A DNA stretch of 64,000 nucleotides from assembly GCF_039969895.1 (NCBI RefSeq), contig NZ_JBDVMZ010000008.1:66262-130261 (forward strand), given 5' to 3'. The stretch's first letter is position 1; each line of letters begins with the position of its first letter. Below, in pieces: positions 49,551 through 58,697 of the stretch. Origin of the DNA: Algoriphagus sp. Its GTDB lineage: Bacteria > Bacteroidota > Bacteroidia > Cytophagales > Cyclobacteriaceae. The position numbers and the translations under genes were made by a program. The notes beneath the pieces were generated by a model that searched no databases, was not told the origin of the DNA, and was given only the letters and a program-made list of their open reading frames with translations.

Positions 49551-50663
49551 ATGAATAACGATCAGCCATTGCTTCAACCCATCACCTTATCCAGTGGATT
49601 GGAATTGAAAAACAGAGTTTGGATGGCGCCTATGACTAGAAGTCGCGCGAACAATCCTGAAAACAAGCCATTTGAGATCCATGAAAAATATTACAGCCAG
49701 CGTGCTTCCTCAGGCTTGATCATCACCGAAGGTTCGCAAATTTCTAAGCAGGCAGTAGGGTATATAAATACACCAGGAATTCACTCCAAAGCTCAGGTAG
49801 AAGGATGGAAAGGGGTCACCAAGGCGGTTCATGAAAAAGGCGGAAAGATAGTTATCCAGCTTTGGCATGTGGGAAGGATCTCTCACCCAGACTTCCATAA
49901 TGGTGATCTACCGGTAGCTCCTTCAGCCATCAATCCACACGCCAAATCATTCACTCCTAAGGGATTCAAAGATACCGTCACACCAAAAGAGATGTCGATT
50001 GAAGAGATCAAGCAGACTGTACTTGACTTCAAAAATGCCGCAAAAAATGCTATGGAGGCAGGCTTTGACGGGGTAGAGATCCACTCTTCCAACGGATATC
50101 TTCTCCATCAGTTTTTCAGCCGAACCAGCAATGTCCGCATGGATGAGTATGGAGGAAGTATTGAAAACCGTGCTAGAATTTTATTTGAAATCATTGATGC
50201 GATCAAGGAAGTAATGCCTGAAAATAAAATTGGATTGAGGCTGAACCCATCCCTGAATGGGATATTTGGAATGGAAGCAGATGAGGAGACCATACCAACC
50301 TTTGATTACATTGTGAACAAACTCAATGCGTACGACTTGGCTTACCTTCACCTTTCTGAGCCATTTAATGATGTGAGCGATATCCCCTACTTAGTCAATG
50401 AAATAGCGAAGCATTACCGTCCTATGTATAAGGGAACCTTGGTAATAAATGCAGGATTTGATCGGGAAAAAGGAAACAAATTCATTCTGGAAGGTTTGGC
50501 AGATGCGGTAGCTTATGGCACCTTATACATTGCCAACCCTGACTTAGTAGAGCGATTCGAGCAAGGTGCCGAACTAGCCCAAGCAGACCAAGAGACGTTT
50601 TACACTCCTGGAGAAAATGGATACACAGACTATCCAGCACTTGAACAATCAAAAGTTGATTAA
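49551..50663 (+). CDS. Old yellow enzyme / NemA-like alkene reductase
   Basis: MAPMTRSRA, QLWHVGR, GVEIHSSNGYL, DEYGGSIENR and ANPDLV motifs. Confidence 0.93.
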   Translation: MNNDQPLLQPITLSSGLELKNRVWMAPMTRSRANNPENKPFEIHEKYYSQRASSGLIITEGSQISKQAVGYINTPGIHSKAQVEGWKGVTKAVHEKGGKIVIQLWHVGRISHPDFHNGDLPVAPSAINPHAKSFTPKGFKDTVTPKEMSIEEIKQTVLDFKNAAKNAMEAGFDGVEIHSSNGYLLHQFFSRTSNVRMDEYGGSIENRARILFEIIDAIKEVMPENKIGLRLNPSLNGIFGMEADEETIPTFDYIVNKLNAYDLAYLHLSEPFNDVSDIPYLVNEIAKHYRPMYKGTLVINAGFDREKGNKFILEGLADAVAYGTLYIANPDLVERFEQGAELAQADQETFYTPGENGYTDYPALEQSKVD

Positions 50664-50670
50664 TTACCCT

Positions 50671-50697
50671 AAGGCCGGAAATCCCGGCCTTTTCTTT
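50671..50697 (+). terminator. Intrinsic terminator
   Basis: AAGGCCGG-AAATC-CCGGCCTT followed by T-rich sequence. Confidence 0.7.
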
Positions 50698-50708
50698 ATT
50701 TTTAGCAT

Positions 50709-51473
50709 ATGTGTCTTGTAGCCTTTTCTTGGAAAACTCACCCAGATTACCCTTTGATCATCTCAGCAAACCGTGACGAATTCTTTGAGCGACCGAGCCA
50801 GGCTATGCATCTTTGGAGGAAAGGTTTTTATGCTGGAAAAGATTTGAGAAGTGGCGGAACTTGGATGGGTTTTCACCCGAACGGACGTTGGGCTTTGCTG
50901 ACCAATTATCGAGATTTTGACAATCCTCGATCAGCTCAAATTAGCCGTGGAAAACTAGTCCAAAATTGGCTGGAGGGCACTTTTTCACCTAAGGAATATC
51001 TACAAGAAATCCAGAAGTCACAACATCTATATGATGGCTTCAATTTGCTAGTCAGCGATGGAAAAGTACTATTTTACCTGAGCAACTTTTCCTCAGAAAT
51101 TCTAGAACTTAAGCCAGGGATTTACGGTCTGAGTAATGCCTTGCTAGATACTTCTTGGCCGAAAGTTGAGCTCGCAAAACACCAACTTACTGAATTAATC
51201 AAGTCTAGATTCACTGCGTCTGATCTTCTTACCATTTTGAAATCGAGAGAAACTTATCCGGAAGATCAGCTTCCCAAAACGGGCGTTCCACTGGATATGG
51301 AAATTTCCCTTTCGGCTCAATTGATTCGTATGCAGGGAAAATATGGCACAGTGTCAGCAGCAGCTGTAGTGCAGCATAGCTCTGGACTGATGCAGATTAA
51401 GGAGCGAAGTTATCACTGGAAGCCTAAGCACTATTTCGATTTGGATGTTCAATTTCAAATCGACCAAACCTAA
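50709..51473 (+). CDS. NRDE/TANGO2-family protein
   Basis: MC start, ANRDE, GKDLRSGGTW, SRG and GLSN motifs. Confidence 0.92.
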   Translation: MCLVAFSWKTHPDYPLIISANRDEFFERPSQAMHLWRKGFYAGKDLRSGGTWMGFHPNGRWALLTNYRDFDNPRSAQISRGKLVQNWLEGTFSPKEYLQEIQKSQHLYDGFNLLVSDGKVLFYLSNFSSEILELKPGIYGLSNALLDTSWPKVELAKHQLTELIKSRFTASDLLTILKSRETYPEDQLPKTGVPLDMEISLSAQLIRMQGKYGTVSAAAVVQHSSGLMQIKERSYHWKPKHYFDLDVQFQIDQT

Positions 51474-51479
51474 GAGCAA

Positions 51480-52451
51480 ATGACTAAGAAAATATATGAT
51501 TTACTGATCGTTGGAGGCGGACCAATAGGCTTAGCCTGTGGTGTAGAGGCAGGAAAAGCAGGATTGGATTATGTGATCGTGGAAAAGGGAGCCCTCACTA
51601 ATTCCATCTACAACTATCCGATTAACATGACTTTTTTCTCCACCTCAGAAAAGCTAGAGATGGCAAACATTCCTTTCATGTCTATAGGAAACAAGCCCAC
51701 AAGGACAGAAGCATTAGAATATTACCGCAGGATTTTCTCTCACTTTGAACTCAATGTCAAGCTTTACGAAGCTGTGCAGACCTTAGAGAAAAAAGAGGAG
51801 CTATTTCTCATCAAAACTTCGAAAAGTGAGTACCAAGCAAAGAATATCGTCATGGCAACGGGTTTCTATGACTTGCCAAATTTGATGAATATTCCTGGCG
51901 AAGACTTACCAAAAGTGCAGCACTACTACAAAGAGCCTTGGCCATTTATCAACCAAAAGATTGTGGTAGTTGGCGGAGCAAACTCTGCCGTGGACGCTGC
52001 CTTGGAATGCTGGAGAAAAGGTGCCGAGGTAAGTATGGTTTTGCTAGAAGATGAAGTGGATGAAGCAGTAAAATACTGGGTTCGTCCAGACATCGTCAAC
52101 CGGATCAAAGAGGGTTCTATCAAAGCTTTCACCAAGTCAAGGCCTAAAGAAATCCGCGAACATGAAGTTGTAATCACCACTCCTGACGGAGAAGTGACTA
52201 TAGAAAACGACTTTGTACTAGCTATGACAGGCTACAAGCCAAATTTTGGATTACTGAAACAATTGGGCGTAAAGCTAAGTGAAGACGAGAAATGCCAGCC
52301 AGAATACGATGAGGATAGCCACGAAACTAACGTGCCTGGAGTTTACTTAGCAGGAGTAGTTTGTGGGGGCCTAAATACCCGGGAATTCTTTATCGAAAAT
52401 AGTGTAGTTCATGCGGGGATGATTGTGGGGGATATTGTGGGGAAAAGGTAG
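51480..52451 (+). CDS. ypdA: YpdA-family putative bacillithiol disulfide reductase
   Basis: GGGPIGLAC, NSIYNYP, FFSTSEKLE, KPTRTEALEYY and FIEN motifs. Confidence 0.88.
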   Translation: MTKKIYDLLIVGGGPIGLACGVEAGKAGLDYVIVEKGALTNSIYNYPINMTFFSTSEKLEMANIPFMSIGNKPTRTEALEYYRRIFSHFELNVKLYEAVQTLEKKEELFLIKTSKSEYQAKNIVMATGFYDLPNLMNIPGEDLPKVQHYYKEPWPFINQKIVVVGGANSAVDAALECWRKGAEVSMVLLEDEVDEAVKYWVRPDIVNRIKEGSIKAFTKSRPKEIREHEVVITTPDGEVTIENDFVLAMTGYKPNFGLLKQLGVKLSEDEKCQPEYDEDSHETNVPGVYLAGVVCGGLNTREFFIENSVVHAGMIVGDIVGKR

Positions 52452-52690
52452 TAAAAATTGTAAGTGGTAAGTGGTAAAACCCTGTTACTTAAATGTGTTT
52501 CAAAGCATATTTGATTAGCGATTCACATGAATCTTAAAAAGTCTAAAATGCATGACGACCACTTTTATGCTTTTTTTTAAGATCCAATTTGGAATGTTAA
52601 ATATTTTTTTTAAACTCAAACAGTTCTTTTTAGTTCGTAACATTAGAACACATACTCTATGATATTAAAATTACCTTAAACTTAAATAAT

Positions 52691-52891
52691 ATAAAAAAAT
52701 CATTAGTTTTTATCTGTTTTACTGTAATTAGTTGCTTGTCATTTAGTACCGATGTCTCAGCACTAGCTGAAGGTTATTATGAGCACAGGGAAAGATGCCC
52801 GTTAAAAGATGTTGTAATGAGGTGTAGACCTGCAGAAAAAGCTGAATGCGATCCTTCACAACAAGAAGATTGTCGAGAAATTTGGACTTAA
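52691..52891 (+). CDS. Unannotated secreted Cys-rich peptide (66 aa, ATA first codon), NVEALA-like
   Basis: Hand translation: IKKSLVFICFTVISCLSFSTDVSALAEGYYEHRERCPLKDVVMRCRPAEKAECDPSQQEDCREIWT*. KK + hydrophobic core + VSA/ALA cleavage; four Cys in the mature part; missed by the ORF track. Confidence 0.7.
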   Translation: MKKSLVFICFTVISCLSFSTDVSALAEGYYEHRERCPLKDVVMRCRPAEKAECDPSQQEDCREIWT

Positions 52892-53182
52892 AGTTAATTA
52901 ATGTCTAGATTAGGCCTTCTAAATGTTGAAGATCATCACTCCACGTTAGAGTTGACATTGTTATAAACATTCGCAGACTATGATTCATACTATATTCGCT
53001 GATTAGCTCAAAAATTATGAGGACCATAAATGAATAAATAAGTGTCAATTTTAACACTTATTATTTTTTTAATTCCAAAATTTTTTTTAATATCAGTCAT
53101 TTAATATGACAAGAATTAAAAAGAATATAATCTTACAAATTAAATCTAAGTATATATTTTAACCTATTTTTGATCCCTATTA

Positions 53183-54340
53183 ATGCGTACCGTATTTAAC
53201 TATCTCCAATTTATAATTGTATTTTTTTTACTCTATTCATGTGAAAACAAAAATCAAACCATTGCTGTTGATGTTAATTTAGATTTGGACATTGTTAAAG
53301 AAGGAAAATTTTCAGATATATTCGACTCAATTCAATATGTATTACTCAATGATACAGAATCTCAACCATTAGTTCAGCCGTACAAAATAAAATTTTTAGA
53401 CTCCCTTATATTTGTTGAAGATCAAGAACTTGATAATTTGTTCATTTTTAATGAACATGGTAATTTGAAAAATGTAATTTTTTCAAAAGGAGTAGGACCA
53501 GAAGAATTTTATCAGCTTCAAGATTTTCAACTATCCAATGGTATTATTACAATCATGGATATAGTTAGTGGAAAGTTGATTAATTTTAATTACAATGGTA
53601 ATTTCATTTCAGAAAGAAGACTTTTAAAAACTTCTTCTAATTTCGTCCAAGATTCAACATTTGACCTGTTTTTTTTTAATAACAGACCTCCTGATTCATC
53701 TTATAATTTTTTGTATTCTGATGGATCTGTAAATAGATACAATATGCCTATAAATTCTAATTATGATGGAATTTCATTAACGCATCTAAATGGGTTTATG
53801 TATGAAAGTAGAAATAATGATTATTACATAGATATACCTTTTTCTTATCAAGTAGCTAAATTTTCAGGGATTGGAAATTTAGTAAAAGTAATTGAATTTA
53901 ATTTTGGAAAATATTCCATTACTGACGATGAAAGGTTGGAGATGATCATTAACAGAAATTTATATAATCTTCCTTCAAATAAAATTGGCATGTTAGACTC
54001 ATTTTATCCTATTGGTAGCATATTTTCGGTCTGTTTTTCCAACTCAAATGATAGCTTTATCTATTTATTAGATGATAAACTTAATAAATTATATTCTGGG
54101 AAAAATTTAGAAAATGATATAGATGGTCTCAATATTTTTAAAATGTTGCCATGGACTTATTATAGTGATGGTATTGTTTTTAAATTTCCAGCTTACGTAA
54201 TATTAAACCTTATTTCTAAAAATTCTTTTAAAAATTCAGACAAGTCCAATTTGGAATCATTTTATGAAGAGAATAAAGAGGCCTTACAGGAAGATTTATC
54301 AGTATTAGTTAAAATCAAATTAAAGAACAAGTTTTTATAA
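53183..54340 (+). CDS. Six-bladed beta-propeller lipoprotein (BF3164/TolB-like/DUF5128-type)
   Basis: LLYS-C lipobox; FDSIQYVLL, FIFNEHGN, GVGPEEF, DFQL, NYNGNFI pattern typical of these Bacteroidota propellers; very AT-rich. Confidence 0.85.
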   Translation: MRTVFNYLQFIIVFFLLYSCENKNQTIAVDVNLDLDIVKEGKFSDIFDSIQYVLLNDTESQPLVQPYKIKFLDSLIFVEDQELDNLFIFNEHGNLKNVIFSKGVGPEEFYQLQDFQLSNGIITIMDIVSGKLINFNYNGNFISERRLLKTSSNFVQDSTFDLFFFNNRPPDSSYNFLYSDGSVNRYNMPINSNYDGISLTHLNGFMYESRNNDYYIDIPFSYQVAKFSGIGNLVKVIEFNFGKYSITDDERLEMIINRNLYNLPSNKIGMLDSFYPIGSIFSVCFSNSNDSFIYLLDDKLNKLYSGKNLENDIDGLNIFKMLPWTYYSDGIVFKFPAYVILNLISKNSFKNSDKSNLESFYEENKEALQEDLSVLVKIKLKNKFL

Positions 54341-55021
54341 TGTATTGTGATTTTTTGAATTTACTTTTATTCCTTATTAATAACATTTAGAATCATAAAA
54401 TAGCTCTTTTTTTCGCTTAACAGCCCTATTTTGTTTGTGAAACATAAATTCCTTGTAATGGCTGTTATTTCCTTGCTCATAACAATGTGGGTTTATTGCT
54501 GTGCTAAATCCTACTTGGCACTACCACGAATTTAATGGCATTGATAACTGATTAACTGATGAAGATGGTTTCCAGAGACTAGCATCCGGATGGGTGAGCC
54601 GTTCGGGATTTTCGGTTTTGTACTGAATTGAACATCGTAAAGAAAATGACATAGCTCCCGAGAGTACAAGCCGTTAATGAATCTTTTAGTGGAAGATTTT
54701 AGACTTGGGACTGCCTGAAGAGCAGACTAGATTCAGTCATTTTTAGGTGTGAAATGCAGTAAAAATTCCGCTGTTTACTCAGCATAAAGTAGCAGTACTC
54801 CTCACAGCGAATAGAAAAGACCATTGTTCAGGGCTTTTTGGCCGCCAAAAAGTGACAAAGAAAAACCTATAGAAAATGGGTTATAAATGTTAAGTCTCCG
54901 AAAGAAAAAATGAAGCAATGATAATTATATCCTACACTCTCTGATAGAAACATTAGTTTAAAACCCAACATGCTTTTCCATAAAGTTCAGGGTAAAACCA
55001 TTTTTTCAAAGGTTTAATCTG

Positions 55022-56953
55022 CTACTGCCTTATCTCAATAACCTTGAACTCAGTTCTTCTATTCGTCTGATGTTCTTCCTCGGTTTGAGCATTTTTCACG
55101 ATCAATTGACTTTCTCCATAGCCTTTGGCCACTAGTCTATCACTAGCAATGCCCTGAGATACCATGTAATCCACAGCCGATTGCGCTCTTCTCTGAGACA
55201 GGTCCTGATTGTATGAATCTGAAGATCTATCATCTGTATGTGAACTCAACTCGATTCTGATCGCTGGATTGTCTTTCAAGATCTGTACGAGTTTATTCAA
55301 TTCTACAGCTGCGTCAGGTCTGATGTCTGCTTTATCCAGATCGTAATAAATATTTTCCAATACGATAGAACGATCCAACACCAGCTGATCCAACACGATA
55401 GTAGTATCTAAGGTAATATTGGTCACATCCTGAACTAGTGAAGCAATATCAGGAGTTTTTCCCGTAGTAGTGTAAGGAATAGATTTAGAGAAATAACCGC
55501 TCTTCGAGGCGATGATCGTAAAGTCCGAATCAGGAGTCAAGGTGAATCTCACACGGCCATTCGTATTAGAGAAATCTCCACCAGCTTGCTTATTTAGACT
55601 ATCATATAAAACTACTCTAGTTTGTTCCAAAACAGCATCTTCCGCACCGGCCACTCGCTGCTTAGTATATACATTCAACAAAACGTTGATGATTTTCGGC
55701 TTAGGCGTTTTGTCTTCGAAAAAGTAAATATCATCGTCACCAACTCCGCCATCGCGATTGGATGAGATGAACCCAGCCTTAGGGTATTCGGTGAAGAAAA
55801 GGGAAAAATCATCATTCGTACTATTGAAATTTTCTCCCAGGTTTTTGATCACTTGAGCCCCTGAGGCATCATTTTCCGCTACAAATAGGTCTAATTTACC
55901 ATAGCCTGGATGTCCGTCGGAGCTAAAAAAAAACTTGCCATCCCTCATTGGCCGAGGGAAAAGCTCGTTGCCGGGTGTATTAATAGTAGGACCTAGGTTT
56001 TTGGGATTTCCGAAATCACCGTTTGCCAACTTTGTTGCTTTGTACAAATCAATTCCTCCATATCCGCCGGGTCTATTCGAAGCAAAATATAACTCCTCTC
56101 CATCTTCCGAAAAAGCTGGAGTAGAATTCCACCAAAACTCGTCTTCATTTACGGGCATCCAAATCGGCTGGGTAAAACCTCCACCTCGGAAATAAGAAGC
56201 AAAAAGTGCTGTTTCAGGCAGATCTTTATCCGAAGTAGAATTACCACGCGCATAAATGATAGTGTTCCCATCCGGACTAATCGCAATGGCTGCCTGATTT
56301 AGGCCTTCTTCATTCCTGAATTCTGGAAGAGGTTGGGCTCCTGTCACATCCACTTTCAATCCATCTGCTCTTGCTCTAAACAATTTGGTATAAGGTGAAC
56401 CATCAGCTGGATAAAGCCCACTTGCTTGGCGACCTGTAGTGAAATAAATAAAATCCTCACTTATCACTGGCGCATAATCTGGCCCGGAAGTATTCAACTC
56501 TTTATAATTAACTAGCTCATGATACGGCCAGTAATCTTCTATTCCCTCAGATAATTTTATAGCCTCTAGCTGGCGCTGAGTCTCTGCCAGAAAGGTTTCG
56601 TCCTGTGTATAACCTTTGGCTTTTTCAAAAGCTTCCTTAGCTTCTTCATCTTTATCCTGAGCCTTCAAGCTCAACCCAAGTCTATAAAAGCTTTCGAAAG
56701 TAGGGTCTTCCTCGGTCAATTTTTGGTAATATGGGGCGGCATCTTCTATTCGATTGGACAGCCTATAACTCTCCGCTATAACCTGATTGGCCTCCTTGTT
56801 TTCAGGATCGTCTGCCAAGATCTGAGAAAAAGAATTGATGGCATATTGATACTGACCAGAGAGAAACTGGTCATTTCCTTTTTCCTGAAGACTTTTGCAA
56901 GAGCTCACCCCAACTAGGAGTAAAAGACAAATCCAAAAAAAATGGTTTTTCAT
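55022..56953 (-). CDS. TPR + PD40 + OmpA-domain lipoprotein (PorE-like)
   Basis: VSSC lipobox, TPRs, PD40 repeats (YFASNRPGGYGGIDLY), NIYYDLDKADIR, SHTDDR, NRRTEF. Start moved to ATG 56953. Confidence 0.92.
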   Translation of the reverse strand: MKNHFFWICLLLLVGVSSCKSLQEKGNDQFLSGQYQYAINSFSQILADDPENKEANQVIAESYRLSNRIEDAAPYYQKLTEEDPTFESFYRLGLSLKAQDKDEEAKEAFEKAKGYTQDETFLAETQRQLEAIKLSEGIEDYWPYHELVNYKELNTSGPDYAPVISEDFIYFTTGRQASGLYPADGSPYTKLFRARADGLKVDVTGAQPLPEFRNEEGLNQAAIAISPDGNTIIYARGNSTSDKDLPETALFASYFRGGGFTQPIWMPVNEDEFWWNSTPAFSEDGEELYFASNRPGGYGGIDLYKATKLANGDFGNPKNLGPTINTPGNELFPRPMRDGKFFFSSDGHPGYGKLDLFVAENDASGAQVIKNLGENFNSTNDDFSLFFTEYPKAGFISSNRDGGVGDDDIYFFEDKTPKPKIINVLLNVYTKQRVAGAEDAVLEQTRVVLYDSLNKQAGGDFSNTNGRVRFTLTPDSDFTIIASKSGYFSKSIPYTTTGKTPDIASLVQDVTNITLDTTIVLDQLVLDRSIVLENIYYDLDKADIRPDAAVELNKLVQILKDNPAIRIELSSHTDDRSSDSYNQDLSQRRAQSAVDYMVSQGIASDRLVAKGYGESQLIVKNAQTEEEHQTNRRTEFKVIEIRQ

Positions 56954-57102
56954 GTGTTTAATTTTGGTTTTATACGGCCACATAGCTCGTCCTAATTTTC
57001 ATCGGGAGAATCTCACCTGGTTAACCTCTCAGTTTGTGACGCTTCAATCATGCTCGATTTAATCTGAATGGTGATTGATGATCTATTCTGAATATTACTA
57101 AA

Positions 57103-57591
57103 TTAATTTGGAAAGTATCGGTTCAGCCAACTATTCCCTGCCAAAATCCATACCCTTTCCAGGTCTTTTTTGTTTAGGATCTGCGGATTAATCACCAGAG
57201 TTTGAGCATCTATATCTCCAGAAGTGACTTTTGATTTGATTCCCAGGGCTGAAGCTACATTGATTTCACCCGATTTGGATTTGAAAGTCACCTTCCCCTG
57301 ATCGGTTAGGTTGTTTTTCAGTTCATCTTCTAGCTGGCGCAAAGTCCTGACAGAGCTATCAATGGAGCATCCACTTGCTCCCAACCCAGACTCATCCACT
57401 GCCAAAACTAAAATCTGATCATCCAAAATCTGAAATGAAGTAGGCATTCTATTTCCATGAGTATTCCACCCTTCGCAGAATGTGGTAAGTCTTTCCGCTA
57501 TTAACTCCTTTTCTCTTGTAGAAAATTGACGCGCTGCCTGGTACACCCAAACCCGTGAATCTTCCGATATATCTTCAAATGGAACGTACAT
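57103..57591 (-). CDS. Conserved Bacteroidota hypothetical protein
   Basis: SRVWVYQAAR, WNTHG and ASGCSIDSS motifs; no Walker A. Confidence 0.85.
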   Translation of the reverse strand: MYVPFEDISEDSRVWVYQAARQFSTREKELIAERLTTFCEGWNTHGNRMPTSFQILDDQILVLAVDESGLGASGCSIDSSVRTLRQLEDELKNNLTDQGKVTFKSKSGEINVASALGIKSKVTSGDIDAQTLVINPQILNKKDLERVWILAGNSWLNRYFPN

Positions 57592-57726
57592 ATAGTTGCT
57601 TTTACCTTGGCAAAGAAAAACCCTTTCTACCTAACGGCAAAAAGGGTGAAATTGATTCAATGAAAAACTTACATGGTTATCCGCAACAACGTCAAAGACC
57701 AAGGTTTCTTTGATTTACTGGGTTGC

Positions 57727-57747
57727 AGACGGAAGACCGGAGACCGA
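57727..57747. repeat. Heptamer tandem repeat
   Basis: AGACGGA AGACCGG AGACCGA. Confidence 0.5.
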
Positions 57748-57827
57748 AGCGGCCTCAATCGGTGCATCAACCAGATTTTTACATGCTTTTGACTACTTAC
57801 TGGCAGAAAAACAGCTAATCAAGTAAG

Positions 57828-58619
57828 CTAGATTCCCATGTCTTTGGCGATCATCTCAGCCAAGTCATAGACTTTCACATCAGCTTCCCGCTCTTTGTTT
57901 TTCACCCCATCGGTCATCATCGTCAGGCAGAATGGACAACCAACCGCAATTGCACTGGCTCCCGTAGCCAACGCCTCTTCCGTTCGTTCTATGTTAATTT
58001 CCTTCTTTCCTGGTTCCGCTTCTTTGAACATTTGAGCACCTCCAGCTCCACAGCAAAGCCCTTTGGTTTTGCAGCGCTTCATTTCCACGAGTTCCACATC
58101 AAGGGCTTTTATTACCTCTCTAGGAGCCTCATATACATTATTTGCCCTGCCTAAGTAGCAGGAATCATGGAAGGTGATTTTCTTTCCTTTGAACTCACCT
58201 CCACCTTTTAGCGCTACTTTCCCCTCATTGATCAGTTGCTGGAGGAATTGAGAGTGATGGATCACTTCGTAATTACCCCCCAAAGCCGGGTATTCGTTTT
58301 TGATGGTATTGAAGCAATGAGGACAGGCGGTGACTACTTTTTTGATGTCATAGCCATTCATCACTTGGATATTTGCTACGGCTTGCATCTGGAAAAGGAA
58401 CTCATTTCCAGCACGTCTGGCTGGATCTCCGGTACAGGCTTCTTCCGGACCAAGAACGGCAAAGCTCACTCCGACTTTATTTAAGATTTTGACAAAAGCT
58501 TCAGTTACGGCCTTGTATCGATCGTCAAAAGATCCTGCGCAGCCTACCCAAAATAGCACTTCTGGACTTTCTCCTTTGCCGGCCATTTCGGCCATTGTTG
58601 GTACTTTATATGTGGACAT
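57828..58619 (-). CDS. CCG-domain (Fe-S)-binding protein (GlpC/HdrB/FadF C-terminal-like)
   Basis: FWVGC, EACTG, TACPHC, HDSCYLGR, LCCGAGG and GCPFC motifs. Confidence 0.92.
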   Translation of the reverse strand: MSTYKVPTMAEMAGKGESPEVLFWVGCAGSFDDRYKAVTEAFVKILNKVGVSFAVLGPEEACTGDPARRAGNEFLFQMQAVANIQVMNGYDIKKVVTACPHCFNTIKNEYPALGGNYEVIHHSQFLQQLINEGKVALKGGGEFKGKKITFHDSCYLGRANNVYEAPREVIKALDVELVEMKRCKTKGLCCGAGGAQMFKEAEPGKKEINIERTEEALATGASAIAVGCPFCLTMMTDGVKNKEREADVKVYDLAEMIAKDMGI

Positions 58620-58625
58620 AATTTG

Positions 58626-58691
58626 GATTTACGATTGTTGATTGAAGATTTACGATTGATCAAACATCAGTCACCCGACACCTGACATCCA
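58626..58691. repeat. Heptamer tandem repeats in the intergenic gap
   Basis: GATTTAC GATTGTT GATTGAA GATTTAC GATTGAT, then TCACCCG ACACCTG ACATCCA. Confidence 0.6.
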
Positions 58692-58697
58692 TCTTCA

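Noticed and set aside
52901-52966. 21-aa ORF MSRLGLLNVEDHHSTLELTLL between peptide and propeller
   Set aside because: No signal, Cys pattern or coupling; length expected by chance.
57103-57591. ABC transporter ATPase label often attached to this family
   Set aside because: No Walker A/B or signature motif in the translation.
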